Shown here: piece by piece, positions 16,496-25,484 of the stretch
How positions within the stretch are numbered: the first letter of the stretch is position 1
Layout: each line of letters begins with the position of its first letter
Virus record (IMG/VR): IMGVR_UViG_3300049135_000018
Span: 1 to 28,937 of that record
Direction: 5' to 3' (one strand)
Length of the DNA stretch: 28,937 bases
Origin: a virus
Lineage: Duplodnaviria > Caudoviricetes
Notes under the pieces: generated by a model
The model's input: only the letters and a program-made list of their open reading frames with translations
The model's database searches: none
What the model was told of the DNA's origin: nothing
Translations under genes and position numbers: made by a program

Positions 16496-17338
16496 TTAAC
16501 GCTGGAGAGATTGAACTAGCTGCCGAAGGGCAACTAGGTAGTCAGCGCCAGCGCTAGGCGTGGCAGTCTCAGCGGCAGCGTCATGCGTGCCACTGGATAG
16601 GTCGCGGAACAGGTTGCGGCGCTCAGAGCGCGGCATCCCCTGCTTCGCCATGATTGTGTCCAGACGGTGCCGAGCGCGGATGTCGGCGCGGGCCGTGGTG
16701 CCGCCATCGGCGGTCGGCGCGTCGTCAATCACACCGTCAGCGAACCCGAGTTCCACCGCCTGGGCGCTCGCCATCCACGTCTCTGCATCCATCAGCCCGG
16801 CGATTTCCTTAGCGTCGCCGCCAGTCCGGTGCGCGTAGATGTCCGCCATGGCAGCGTCGAACGGCGCCAGGGTGGCCGCGATCTCGGCATGCGCGTTGCG
16901 GTCGCCATAGATGCCGATGCTGGCGTTGTGGATCATAAAGAATGCACCGCGGCCCATGGCGATCTCGTCGCCCGCCATGGCGATAACCGAAGCCGCCGAG
17001 GCCGCAATGCCCATCACATGGACCGTCACCTTATGCGGGTGCTGGGCCAGCATGTTGTAAATGGCGATGCCCTCAAACATATCGCCGCCAGGGCTGTTGA
17101 CGCTCACCGTCACATCACGCGAACCGATGGATCGCAGCACGCCAGCCATGCGTTTGGCCGTCCAGCCGCCACCGGAAAAGATGTCCTCGCCGATATAGTC
17201 GTGGACGCTGATCGTCGCGCCGTCATCATCTGCCGCGGCAACGGGCGACCAACGCTCCAACGCCTTGACCGGCGCATCCCAAGCCAACGCGGCGGGCCGG
17301 TCGAATGCCTGGATCGCAGGCAGCTTGCGGAGGCTCAT
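16496..17338 (-). CDS. ClpP-like head maturation protease
   Basis: VNSPGGDMFEG, GIAASAASVIAMAG, FMIHNA, ETWM. Confidence 0.95.
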   Translation of the reverse strand: MSLRKLPAIQAFDRPAALAWDAPVKALERWSPVAAADDDGATISVHDYIGEDIFSGGGWTAKRMAGVLRSIGSRDVTVSVNSPGGDMFEGIAIYNMLAQHPHKVTVHVMGIAASAASVIAMAGDEIAMGRGAFFMIHNASIGIYGDRNAHAEIAATLAPFDAAMADIYAHRTGGDAKEIAGLMDAETWMASAQAVELGFADGVIDDAPTADGGTTARADIRARHRLDTIMAKQGMPRSERRNLFRDLSSGTHDAAAETATPSAGADYLVALRQLVQSLQR

Positions 17339-18588
17339 GGTGCGGGTTCCCCCTTGGGCTGCGTCATCGGATTGGTCAGCGCATCGGCGCTCGGGTCTTT
17401 GCTGCGGCTAAGTTCCTGCAAGCCGCGAACCTCGTTCTGCGAGAGCCACGGGCTATGCCCACCAGAACCAAGCGCCTTGGCAAAGAAATCAGCCTGATCC
17501 TTCAGCGTGCCGCGAAGCAATGCACGCTCGTTGAACTTGGCCTTGTACTTTTTCTTCTCGGCGCCAACCAACAGCGACCGCGCGATGGCCTGCTCCCATG
17601 ACGTGAACCACGGCTGCAAGGCATGCTGGACAAAGAAGATGCCCAACTGTTCTATGCCACTGCCCCAGGACGTGTCATCCATCATCAGCAACGGCCGAGG
17701 CACGCCGAATACGCGGGCGATTTCCTCGATCTGGTGCTTGCGATGCTCGATGTGCTGGCTATCAGAGGCCGTCGCCGCGAACTTCTCCGCGGTCATGCCT
17801 TCTTCAAGCACCATCCACTTGTGCGCGTTCTCTGCACCGGAGTAGCGAGATTCAATGCTTTCCCGCAGCCGCGCCAGGGCATCGTTGCTCAGTTTGCCCG
17901 GGTGGTTCAGCGCGCCGCCCACCATCATGCCGTTGCGGAACAGCCGCGCCGCCGCCTGCTCAGTCTGCATGGCGAGGCCGATAGCCTCCTTCGCCATGCG
18001 GGTCCGCGACAGGCCCAGCAGCCCATCGAACGACAGGCCGCGGAGGTGGAACACATCGCTGCCCGGCAGCGTCACACGTCCGCCATCGTCGCGGGTCCAC
18101 ACATACTCAACGGACCAATCCGGCTTCTGCTTCGGCTCAACCCGCGCCGGGTCCATCGGCACCAGGCGAATGATCCGGCCGCCCGACCGGACGATGAGCG
18201 CATAGGCATTGCCGTGGATCAGCGCCCGCATTTGCATGAGCGAGCGGAACTCCATGGCGGTCTGCCAGTTGTTCGGCTCGCTGTGCAGGATGTCGAACAG
18301 CGGATGCGCTTCGGCCTTCGCGTTCGTGTCGTCATCATGCCGTAGGTGCAGCGGCAACATACCAATGGCGCTGGAAATCAGATCCACGCACCGGAACACG
18401 GTCGAGTTGTGCAGCGCGGAAAGCGCCGTCACATAGGTGCCCGATCCGGTTTCCGCGCCACCGCGCATGAAATCCAGCAGAGACGGGTCATCCAAGCCGG
18501 TGAACGTGCCGCCGGCCGAAGCCATGGGCACGCCATTCGGCCGCGTGGCCGATGACGGCCCGCGCCTGAATAGGTCCAAAATGCCCAT
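17335..18588 (-). CDS. HK97-family portal protein
   Basis: PNNWQTAMEF, HGNAYA, VFHLRG, IARVFGVP. Confidence 0.97.
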   Translation of the reverse strand: MGILDLFRRGPSSATRPNGVPMASAGGTFTGLDDPSLLDFMRGGAETGSGTYVTALSALHNSTVFRCVDLISSAIGMLPLHLRHDDDTNAKAEAHPLFDILHSEPNNWQTAMEFRSLMQMRALIHGNAYALIVRSGGRIIRLVPMDPARVEPKQKPDWSVEYVWTRDDGGRVTLPGSDVFHLRGLSFDGLLGLSRTRMAKEAIGLAMQTEQAAARLFRNGMMVGGALNHPGKLSNDALARLRESIESRYSGAENAHKWMVLEEGMTAEKFAATASDSQHIEHRKHQIEEIARVFGVPRPLLMMDDTSWGSGIEQLGIFFVQHALQPWFTSWEQAIARSLLVGAEKKKYKAKFNERALLRGTLKDQADFFAKALGSGGHSPWLSQNEVRGLQELSRSKDPSADALTNPMTQPKGEPAP

Positions 18589-18596
18589 GGAAAATC

Positions 18597-20156
18597 CTAA
18601 AACATGAGAACGCCGCGGTCCTCGTAGACCGACGGGCCTTCGATCTCGCCGGGATCACCCGCCGTCGCCACAGCCATCGCAAGCGCGATCATGCCGTCTA
18701 TGCGGCGGCTGGTAGCCAGCTTCACCAGCTTGCGGTTGCCCGCCGGGTCCGACTTCACCACGGCGTTTGCCGCACACATGGACAGCACAGGATGACCGCC
18801 GTGGCGCATCTTGCCGTTCAGCAGCACACCATCCATGGCTCGCAATGCCGGGGTCATCGACTGGAACCCCTGGCCGAACTCCACGAACCGTTCAATCTCA
18901 TCCTGCGTCGCGCCGGCACGCTCTAGCGCCGGCTGAAAAAACCGCATGTTCCAGCGGTCAAACGCGATCTTGGCTATCTGCTCAGAGCGCATCAGGTCCA
19001 GCACCACAGGCGCCACCCAGTCGTAATCGACCGTGCGCCCCGGCGTGGCGACGAGATGCCCTTCCTTGTGCCACACGTCATAGGGCACACGATCCGCCCG
19101 CGCCTTCTCCCGCAAGTCCTCGCCAGGCAGCCAGAACAGCGGGCGCACATGCAACTCGCCGTCGATCCATGCCAGCCGAACAAATGCGGTAAGGTCATTC
19201 GCCGCGGACAAATCCAGCCCGGCAAAAACCTCGGCGCCGGACCAATCATCGGCCGGCTTGCCAGCGCATGCGTCCCACAGACCGCGGGATATGTATGGCG
19301 CGTCAGCCGAAACCCGCTGATTTAGGAACAGCCAGCGGAATGACTGCTCCTGCGCCGGCGACACTATCGCCCGCTTGCAGTAATCCTCCATGTCCTGTTC
19401 CGACCGGAACACCCCAAGCGCGGGATTTGCCGCCGCCCATGCATCTCGGTCGCTCAGTTCGCAACTCTCGTTGGCCGCATAGAGATGCGACACAACGCGC
19501 GGTGACGGGTGATCGCGCGCCTTATCAAGCCAGTCGGAAAACAAGTCGCCGTCCGTCGCGGCCTGTGTCGAGATTGCCAGCAACAGCGGCGCATCATGCG
19601 CACCCTGCGCCGTCTCGATGGCCTCGATAAAGGCGTCCGTCATCCCCTTGACCTGGCCGACTTCATCGAGGATCGCCAGCACCGGGGAAAGCCCGTGCGC
19701 CGTCCCGGCTTCTGCGCTAATCGCCTTGAACTCTACGTTCATCGGTAGGCCCATCAGCGTCTTTTTCGATGGGATGGACCGGACCAGCTTCGCCAGATCG
19801 GGGTTGAGGTAAACCATCTTCTCGGCCAGATCGAACACCAGCCCGGCCTGCTCACGCGACCGGGCGCCGCTGATGATCTGAGAGTTTAGCCTCGCCTCCG
19901 GTCCGACCAAATGCGCAAGCACAAGGCAAGCAATAGTCGCCGTCTTGCCGTTCTTCCGCGCAATGGACAAGTACGCCCGCGATGTACCGGCGGGATTGTC
20001 ATACACGGCCCGGATAAACCGTTCCTGAAATGGCAGAAGCCGCAGCGGCTTGCCAACCTTCGCGCCGCTAGGAACCCGGCAGTATTGGTGGATAAAGGCG
20101 ATTACTCGATCCGCACGCGACCGCGCCTTAGTTCGGGCGGGCAAGCAGGTCATCAT
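18597..20156 (-). CDS. terL: Terminase large subunit
   Basis: Walker A ARKNGKT, Walker B AILDE, nuclease GLDLS and RIDGMIALAMA. Confidence 0.97.
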   Translation of the reverse strand: MMTCLPARTKARSRADRVIAFIHQYCRVPSGAKVGKPLRLLPFQERFIRAVYDNPAGTSRAYLSIARKNGKTATIACLVLAHLVGPEARLNSQIISGARSREQAGLVFDLAEKMVYLNPDLAKLVRSIPSKKTLMGLPMNVEFKAISAEAGTAHGLSPVLAILDEVGQVKGMTDAFIEAIETAQGAHDAPLLLAISTQAATDGDLFSDWLDKARDHPSPRVVSHLYAANESCELSDRDAWAAANPALGVFRSEQDMEDYCKRAIVSPAQEQSFRWLFLNQRVSADAPYISRGLWDACAGKPADDWSGAEVFAGLDLSAANDLTAFVRLAWIDGELHVRPLFWLPGEDLREKARADRVPYDVWHKEGHLVATPGRTVDYDWVAPVVLDLMRSEQIAKIAFDRWNMRFFQPALERAGATQDEIERFVEFGQGFQSMTPALRAMDGVLLNGKMRHGGHPVLSMCAANAVVKSDPAGNRKLVKLATSRRIDGMIALAMAVATAGDPGEIEGPSVYEDRGVLMF

Positions 20157-20598
20157 CCAGCGGGTTGTCAGCCTCTACAGCCTTCGCCTGCCCGCGGCGC
20201 TTTGCCACGTCCCGAGCCTCGCCCCCTTGCGCGCGCGCGTGAAGGGACAACGACCGGCGGAAGGAAAGGATGGACGATGCGTGCATCTGCACCACCGTCT
20301 TGCGCGGGTTGACGACCGGCGTGCCCTTGTCCGTCTTGGAAACCGAACCCTCTAGCCGCAACTCGCGCTGCTCATGCGCCAGGTCCGCCATCGTGCGAGC
20401 CAGCATCGCCGCAAGTTCAAGCTGGTGCGCCGTCCATTCCGACCGGGCGAACTCAGCCAGCACCGAGGCGAAAAACCCCATGTCGCACTGGTCCAGCGGG
20501 ACGTTAGACGGCGGCTCAATGGTGCGCGTGGCCGCAGCCATCACCCGCACGGCGCCGGTCAGGCTGTCCACGCGCTGGCGGCGGGGCTTGCTGCTCAT
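20128..20598 (-). CDS. terS: Terminase small subunit (P27-like)
   Basis: GTPVVNP...RSLSLHARA; upstream of terL; start MSSK follows an AGGA RBS. Confidence 0.85.
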   Translation of the reverse strand: MSSKPRRQRVDSLTGAVRVMAAATRTIEPPSNVPLDQCDMGFFASVLAEFARSEWTAHQLELAAMLARTMADLAHEQRELRLEGSVSKTDKGTPVVNPRKTVVQMHASSILSFRRSLSLHARAQGGEARDVAKRRGQAKAVEADNPLDDDLLARPN

Positions 20599-20681
20599 CG
20601 GAAATCCTGTGTTAGCGCAGAGAAAAGAGGGGGCATCGGTCCCTGGACGCGACAGGTCCAGACTTTGAGACGCCCCCCCTA

Positions 20682-20987
20682 TCATCCAATCGGCCACCCG
20701 TCCGGCCCGACCGCACGCAGGGCATCGCGGCCCGTCGATTGGCGTCCAGTTCGGTGTCGGTGGCAGGGAGTGCAGAGAGGGCGGCAGTTGTCAGGGTCCA
20801 GCCGTAGCGGGTCCGCAAGGCCGTTGAATGGCTTGATGTGGTCAACCTCTCGCGCCGCAGTCACACGACCCTCGGCAGAGCACATGCGGCATAGCGGCTC
20901 ATCGGTCAGGACCTGGAGCCGAAGCCGCGTCCAGTCCGACCCATAGCCGCGGGCGTGGCGTGAGGTGGTGTGGCGCCAGCCAGTCAT
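20682..20987 (-). CDS. Packaging-associated HNH endonuclease (HK97 gp74-like)
   Basis: RGYGSDW...EPLCRMC...VDHIKP...NCRPLCTPCH. Confidence 0.93.
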   Translation of the reverse strand: MTGWRHTTSRHARGYGSDWTRLRLQVLTDEPLCRMCSAEGRVTAAREVDHIKPFNGLADPLRLDPDNCRPLCTPCHRHRTGRQSTGRDALRAVGPDGWPIG

Positions 20988-21000
20988 CAGCCCCTCAACG

Positions 21001-21034
21001 CAAAACGCCCGGCAGCCATTTCTGGCTCCGGGCG
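21001..21034 (-). terminator. Hairpin plus T-tract at the start of the late operon
   Basis: CGCCCGG-AGCCA-GAAA-TGGCT-G-CCGGGCG-TTTTG on the minus strand. Confidence 0.6.
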
Positions 21035-21075
21035 CAAATATCCGGGGTCACATTGCGCCGCTTTTCGTGAGGCCG

Positions 21076-21597
21076 TCAATAGGTTTTCTCCGCCGCCCAC
21101 ATCTCGCCATCCCAGCGCGCCGGCAGGTGGTCGAGGCGGTCGAGTGCCGCGTGCAGCGTGGCCAGCCAGTGCACTCCGGGGTGCTTGCCCCGCAGCATGC
21201 CCATCAGGATCTCAGCAGGCCGGCCGGTGAAGCGCTTCATCTCCCGGTGAAAGTGGTCCTCTGCTTCGGCCTCCTCGATATCGCCCACAGGTACGGCGCC
21301 ACGCGGCCCGGCCTCGAGGTCGGCCGTCATCCTCGGCTCCAGCCCAGCAGCCCGCCACAGCGCCAGCAGCGCCGCTGCATTGGCGTGCTGCCGGTCATTG
21401 ATCTGGCCACGGGCAGCGAGGCGGTCCACCAGGTGGCTGTCGCTGTAGCGCAGCACGTCCGTGCGGATGAGGCGGTCACCATCACCGGCCGGGAGAGCCA
21501 CGGTGACGACGGACGATGGTCTGGCCTGCATGGCGTGGCCATTGGCGCCACGGTCGAGGGCTGGTGGCTGGGCGGCCCGTCGCTGCTTCCGACTCAA
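21076..21597 (-). CDS. Putative late-transcription regulator (DUF6456-like)
   Basis: LVDRLAARGQINDRQHANA...LHAALDRL; last gene before HNH/terS; TTG start coupled to the upstream stop. The long ORF-track N-terminus is probably spurious. Confidence 0.55.
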   Translation of the reverse strand: MSRKQRRAAQPPALDRGANGHAMQARPSSVVTVALPAGDGDRLIRTDVLRYSDSHLVDRLAARGQINDRQHANAAALLALWRAAGLEPRMTADLEAGPRGAVPVGDIEEAEAEDHFHREMKRFTGRPAEILMGMLRGKHPGVHWLATLHAALDRLDHLPARWDGEMWAAEKTY

Positions 21598-21905
21598 GCC
21601 GCCGCCCTCCCGCCACTGGTGGTCGCCGTCCATCGCGCCAGCTCCAGCGGGCACCAGAGCGCATCGTCCAGCCTGCTGAACTCCCTCAGCGCCCTCACCC
21701 GCGCCTGGGTGTCGGCAAAGCCCCAGGCGGCCACCAGGAGAGCCCACACGGCCCGGCTGGTCTGGCGCGGCTCGGAGATCAGCGGGCGGCTGATGTCGCC
21801 GGCGGGAGTGCGGTCGCGGCCGAGCGGCATCGGGAGGATGCGGAGGGAGACGATGTGGCCGTCGGCGTCGAGGGAGGCGACGAGCCAGGCGGAGGTGGAG
21901 GTCAT
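21594..21905 (-). CDS. Hypothetical protein
   Basis: 103 aa; ATGA coupling upstream and TTGA coupling downstream. Confidence 0.55.
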   Translation of the reverse strand: MTSTSAWLVASLDADGHIVSLRILPMPLGRDRTPAGDISRPLISEPRQTSRAVWALLVAAWGFADTQARVRALREFSRLDDALWCPLELARWTATTSGGRAAA

Positions 21906-22690
21906 GCCCAGCAGAGCGCCCGGGCGCCAGGTATCTCCGCCTCAATGTCCCGCTCGAACAGCAAGGTGTACCCGTTGGCGCTGAACATCTCCCGAAGCTG
22001 CGGCTCGGAGACGGCGCGGCCGGAATAAGACCCGAGGACCAGCACCGAAGCGCGAATCCGCTGCATCTGCCGCAGGACGCTGGGGAAGTCGTCGCCCATC
22101 GTCGGCTTCAGCTCGACACTGATGCAGCCGTCCGGCGACCGATAGGCGCGTTCACTTGCGTCGGGCCGCTGGTTTGCGCTGCGCCAACCAATCAGGACAT
22201 CGACGCCGGATTGTTCGAAAGCGACCTGGGACGCGAAGCGCCATTCGGCGAGGAGGGCGGCTTCGTGCCGCGCCGTCGCGTTGTCCAGATCGGCCTCAAC
22301 CTGCTCAAGGTCGCCGTTTTCGATCGGCCGCGGACTGGTCGCACGCCATGTGAGCTGATCCATCAGCCTCTTAGTTTCCGATACGGCCCAGCTGCGCTCT
22401 TCAGCGTGGTTGAACGCCTTCAGCTTGGGTCGGGCGGCCAGAACGCACGCCATCCGGTACAGCGGGTCGAGAAACCGCACCTGCATCGCATTGTGCTCGG
22501 GCGTGTCGTCAGTTCCAGCACCGCGGGTGGCGATAGCCGCGTGCAGCTCCGCGAACCGCTCTGCCAGCCAGCCTTGGGCGGCCAGCCACTCGGCATAGCC
22601 GGGATCCTTGGCCAGCACCTCAGCGACGGTGGAGCCCTTGTGCTTGCCGAACGGCAGAACCAGGGCGGCGGGCTCGCTACTGGCGATCAT
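21902..22690 (-). CDS. Protein with N-terminal PFGKHKG (DUF3820/ExoX C-terminal-like) domain and putative PD-(D/E)xK domain
   Basis: LPFGKHKGSTVAEVLAKDPGYAEWL; C-terminal FEQSGVDV...ISVELKP...RQM. Confidence 0.7.
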   Translation of the reverse strand: MIASSEPAALVLPFGKHKGSTVAEVLAKDPGYAEWLAAQGWLAERFAELHAAIATRGAGTDDTPEHNAMQVRFLDPLYRMACVLAARPKLKAFNHAEERSWAVSETKRLMDQLTWRATSPRPIENGDLEQVEADLDNATARHEAALLAEWRFASQVAFEQSGVDVLIGWRSANQRPDASERAYRSPDGCISVELKPTMGDDFPSVLRQMQRIRASVLVLGSYSGRAVSEPQLREMFSANGYTLLFERDIEAEIPGARALCWA

Positions 22691-22698
22691 ACCGAGGC

Positions 22699-22925
22699 TG
22701 TCCCGGTTGCCCCGGTGCCGCATGGCATACCGGGACAGCAACGACCCTTATTGGGCTTGGCTTGTCTCTTCTGTCCCGTTTGTACCAGATAAATAAGAGA
22801 GAAGAGAGGAAGGCTGTGCATAACTGTCTCCCTATACGTGTGTTGGTTGCCGGGGCAGCCGGGGCAAACGGGACAACCCGCAGAAATCCGCCATTTTTCT
22901 GTCCCGCCTGCCTCGGTTGCCCCGG
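22699..22925. repeat. Iteron-like repeats, candidate replication origin
   Basis: About ten TGYCCCG(G) copies in both orientations, several at 9-bp spacing, around an A/G-rich core. Confidence 0.65.
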
Positions 22926-24629
22926 TCAGGTCGCGCCGAGCGGTGGCGCGTCGTCGATTAGGACGCCCAACGGGATCGCCAGCGACTTGCTCTTGAAGGC
23001 GGTCGAATATCGGACATCGAGGCCGCGCTTCGCTCCAGGCGCTCGCGCCAGGGTGCGGGGCCATCCGGCAGCCCAGCGGGTCGCCTTGAAGCGATCGGCC
23101 ACGAACTCGGATTGGTTGGCGATCAGCAGCCATCCATCCCGCACCAGCAGCCCGCAACGCCGCAGCGCCGGTTCGCAATCCTTTGCGGTCAGGTATTCGA
23201 ACCGGCCGAGGCAGCCGCCGATCAGCTCACTGATGCCCCGCTGATCAGGGCGGCCGTTGACGATGAGGCGGGTCTCGCCCTGCACCAGATGGGCGAGCGA
23301 GACTGCCCATTCCTTCTCGACCTTCGCGGCCGAAGCCGCCTCGCCGATCCACTCACGGTCCTCCAGGTACTTCGCTGCTTCCTTCGCGGTCATCTCGTGG
23401 CTGCTGGCCAAGGCGTAGGCGCCCGCCAGGACGACGCCAAGCGTATCGCCGGTCCGCCGACTGTGCCCCTGCCGGGCGATCGTGTCGGCCAGGGTCTCAG
23501 AATTGGCGCGGATCACGGGCAGCAGACTGAGCATCCGCGCGAGCAGCCTTGCGCCGAAATCCTTCACCATCACATCGGCGCAGGTGGACTTCAGCGAGTC
23601 GAAGCCGCCGCCTTGCTCGCTGTCGCCTGCATGCGGTGCCATGTTGAGCACGATGGTCCGGCTCTCATCGGCGGCCTGGGTCAGGCTGATGTTAATGGAT
23701 GAAAACACGAAGCTCGACCGGATCCGGTACTCCCGGTAGCCGCCGTCCTTGGTCCCCTTGATGATCGCGCCACCGTCCTCGCTGGAGGCTTGGCGCGCGA
23801 GATGCAGGACCTGCTGCATGCGCGCCGTCGCGCCAACCGCCCCCTCGTCGGGCTCCGCCTCATCAAAGATGATGGGCCGCGCATCGCTGCCCAGGCGCCC
23901 TCTGATACCGGCCTCACTGGTGAAGCCCTGGGCCTCGATGGCCAGGTGGCGCAGCACCGGCTTGATGATGTTGTCGAAGACCCAGCTCTTGCCCTCGCCG
24001 CTCTCACCCGTGATCCAGAGGTGCGGCCGCCACGGCATGCCGCCGCAGAGCATCGCCGAGACAAGAAAGCCAGCCAGCAACCGCCTGTCGCGGTCCGGCT
24101 TCTCCCACCCAACCTCGCAGCACAGGCGGAGAAGGCCCGCCGCCTCCTTGTCGCTGAGGGGGGCTGCAATCTCCAACGGCATCTGCCGTGACTGCTCGTA
24201 GATGTATCGGCTTTCGAATTCGGACGGCGCAACGTCGCGTCCATCCACCCGCAGCACGTCGCCGAGGTGCATCACGGTGCGGCCCGCGTCCAACCACACG
24301 CCACGACCCCGGAGCCGGTCGGGATCATAGACGCCAACGCGCTCGCAGGAGCGCATCAGCTCGTCGCCGGCCTGCTTGATGGAGAAGCTCTCTCGGCCAC
24401 CTGGATAAGCATTCTCCCACCAGCCCAGGCGGGCCAGCTGGACCAGCTCGCCGGCGGAATGCAGATCCCTCGCCCGCAGGCAGACAACCTGCCCCGTACC
24501 CTTAGGAAGGAAATAGTAGCGCCCTCGATCATGCCCAAGCGCCCGGAACGGTGCGCTGCCATGGGTGGTGCCGAGCTGCATCTTGGCCGCGTTGAAGGCC
24601 GCATCGAACCCGTCCGGCGCTTCAGGCAT
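22926..24629 (-). CDS. Primase-associated P-loop helicase/NTPase
   Basis: Walker A GESGEGKS, Walker B IIFDEAE, sensor SSIN, DESR arginine finger. Confidence 0.85.
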   Translation of the reverse strand: MPEAPDGFDAAFNAAKMQLGTTHGSAPFRALGHDRGRYYFLPKGTGQVVCLRARDLHSAGELVQLARLGWWENAYPGGRESFSIKQAGDELMRSCERVGVYDPDRLRGRGVWLDAGRTVMHLGDVLRVDGRDVAPSEFESRYIYEQSRQMPLEIAAPLSDKEAAGLLRLCCEVGWEKPDRDRRLLAGFLVSAMLCGGMPWRPHLWITGESGEGKSWVFDNIIKPVLRHLAIEAQGFTSEAGIRGRLGSDARPIIFDEAEPDEGAVGATARMQQVLHLARQASSEDGGAIIKGTKDGGYREYRIRSSFVFSSINISLTQAADESRTIVLNMAPHAGDSEQGGGFDSLKSTCADVMVKDFGARLLARMLSLLPVIRANSETLADTIARQGHSRRTGDTLGVVLAGAYALASSHEMTAKEAAKYLEDREWIGEAASAAKVEKEWAVSLAHLVQGETRLIVNGRPDQRGISELIGGCLGRFEYLTAKDCEPALRRCGLLVRDGWLLIANQSEFVADRFKATRWAAGWPRTLARAPGAKRGLDVRYSTAFKSKSLAIPLGVLIDDAPPLGAT

Positions 24630-25140
24630 CGGGCATCTCCGGTACGCCATCGAGGCCGCACAGCCGGGCCAGCCGGTAGCCGGCTTTGCCGTAGGGAATG
24701 CCAAGCATCATGGCAGCGAGGTCGATAATGCTGTCACCACGGGCGCCGCCGGCATGATGTCGCCACTCGCCGGTCACCTCATCGAACAGGACGCCGAGGC
24801 GGTCGCGCATCAGCAGGCGGCATGGGCGGGTGAATAGCTCGCGGTTGATCGCCGCGACGCGACGACGCTCGAACCAGTCGGCACGCACTGCACGGCCATC
24901 GGCCAGATAGTCCCACCCGGGGACGCCGCGGCTGGCGATGGCGTCGGCGGCCGCGAGGCGCGTCCGGAGCGGGCGGAATCGATAATAGCGCGGGGCGAAC
25001 TCCGGCAACGCGCCGCGCGGCACCGGGCCGATGGTGGAAGTGAACCCGAGGCCCGCAATGGCGCGCGGCAGATTGCCCGGCTCCATGGCTGTCAGTTCGA
25101 CCATGCGCCAGTTGAGGCGGGGTTTGGTGGTTGGTGTCAT
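24622..25140 (-). CDS. Protein ending in a primase N-terminal-like helical motif
   Basis: TGEWRHHAGGARGDSIIDLAAMMLGIPYGKAGYRLARLCG resembles the GDxIxL...A..L tail of primase Zn-binding domains. Confidence 0.55.
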   Translation of the reverse strand: MTPTTKPRLNWRMVELTAMEPGNLPRAIAGLGFTSTIGPVPRGALPEFAPRYYRFRPLRTRLAAADAIASRGVPGWDYLADGRAVRADWFERRRVAAINRELFTRPCRLLMRDRLGVLFDEVTGEWRHHAGGARGDSIIDLAAMMLGIPYGKAGYRLARLCGLDGVPEMPDA

Positions 25141-25484
25141 GGAACCAGCCCCAGCACCATGCGCGCCTGGCCAGGATTGCGAGCCATGCCGGCAAAGCCG
25201 CCGGCGGCGCTCACCACGTCGATGAAATGCCGCTGTTCCGCTGTGAGGCGGCCGCCGTCCTTCACCTCGATGGCGGCGAAGATGGCGACGCGCTGGCCCA
25301 CCATGTCAGCGGTGACCGTGATGGAGCGGAACCCGATCAAATCGGATGATCCGGGATGGAGCCCAAACCGCACCAGCCGGCCAGTGTGATCCTTCATCGC
25401 GCCGGTGTTGTTCCGCCAGAGCACGAGGCCGGGCTCACGGCCGAGGCCGAGGCGGATCGCCTGCAGGGTGGCGGCCTCGCTCAT
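25137..25484 (-). CDS. VRR-NUC domain nuclease
   Basis: LWRNNTG...GSSDLIG...AIEVK...LTAEQRHF; ATGA coupling to the helicase gene. Confidence 0.9.
   Translation of the reverse strand: MSEAATLQAIRLGLGREPGLVLWRNNTGAMKDHTGRLVRFGLHPGSSDLIGFRSITVTADMVGQRVAIFAAIEVKDGGRLTAEQRHFIDVVSAAGGFAGMARNPGQARMVLGLVP

Noticed and set aside
8411-20598. Gene transfer agent cluster
   Set aside because: It is linked to replication genes, a packaging HNH, a ClpP-type protease and an antirepressor, which indicates a genuine phage.
20965-21984. 339-aa plus-strand ORF, and similar long ORFs at 25346-26803 and 26987-28156
   Set aside because: GC-rich antisense shadows of well-supported minus-strand genes, with no recognisable motifs.
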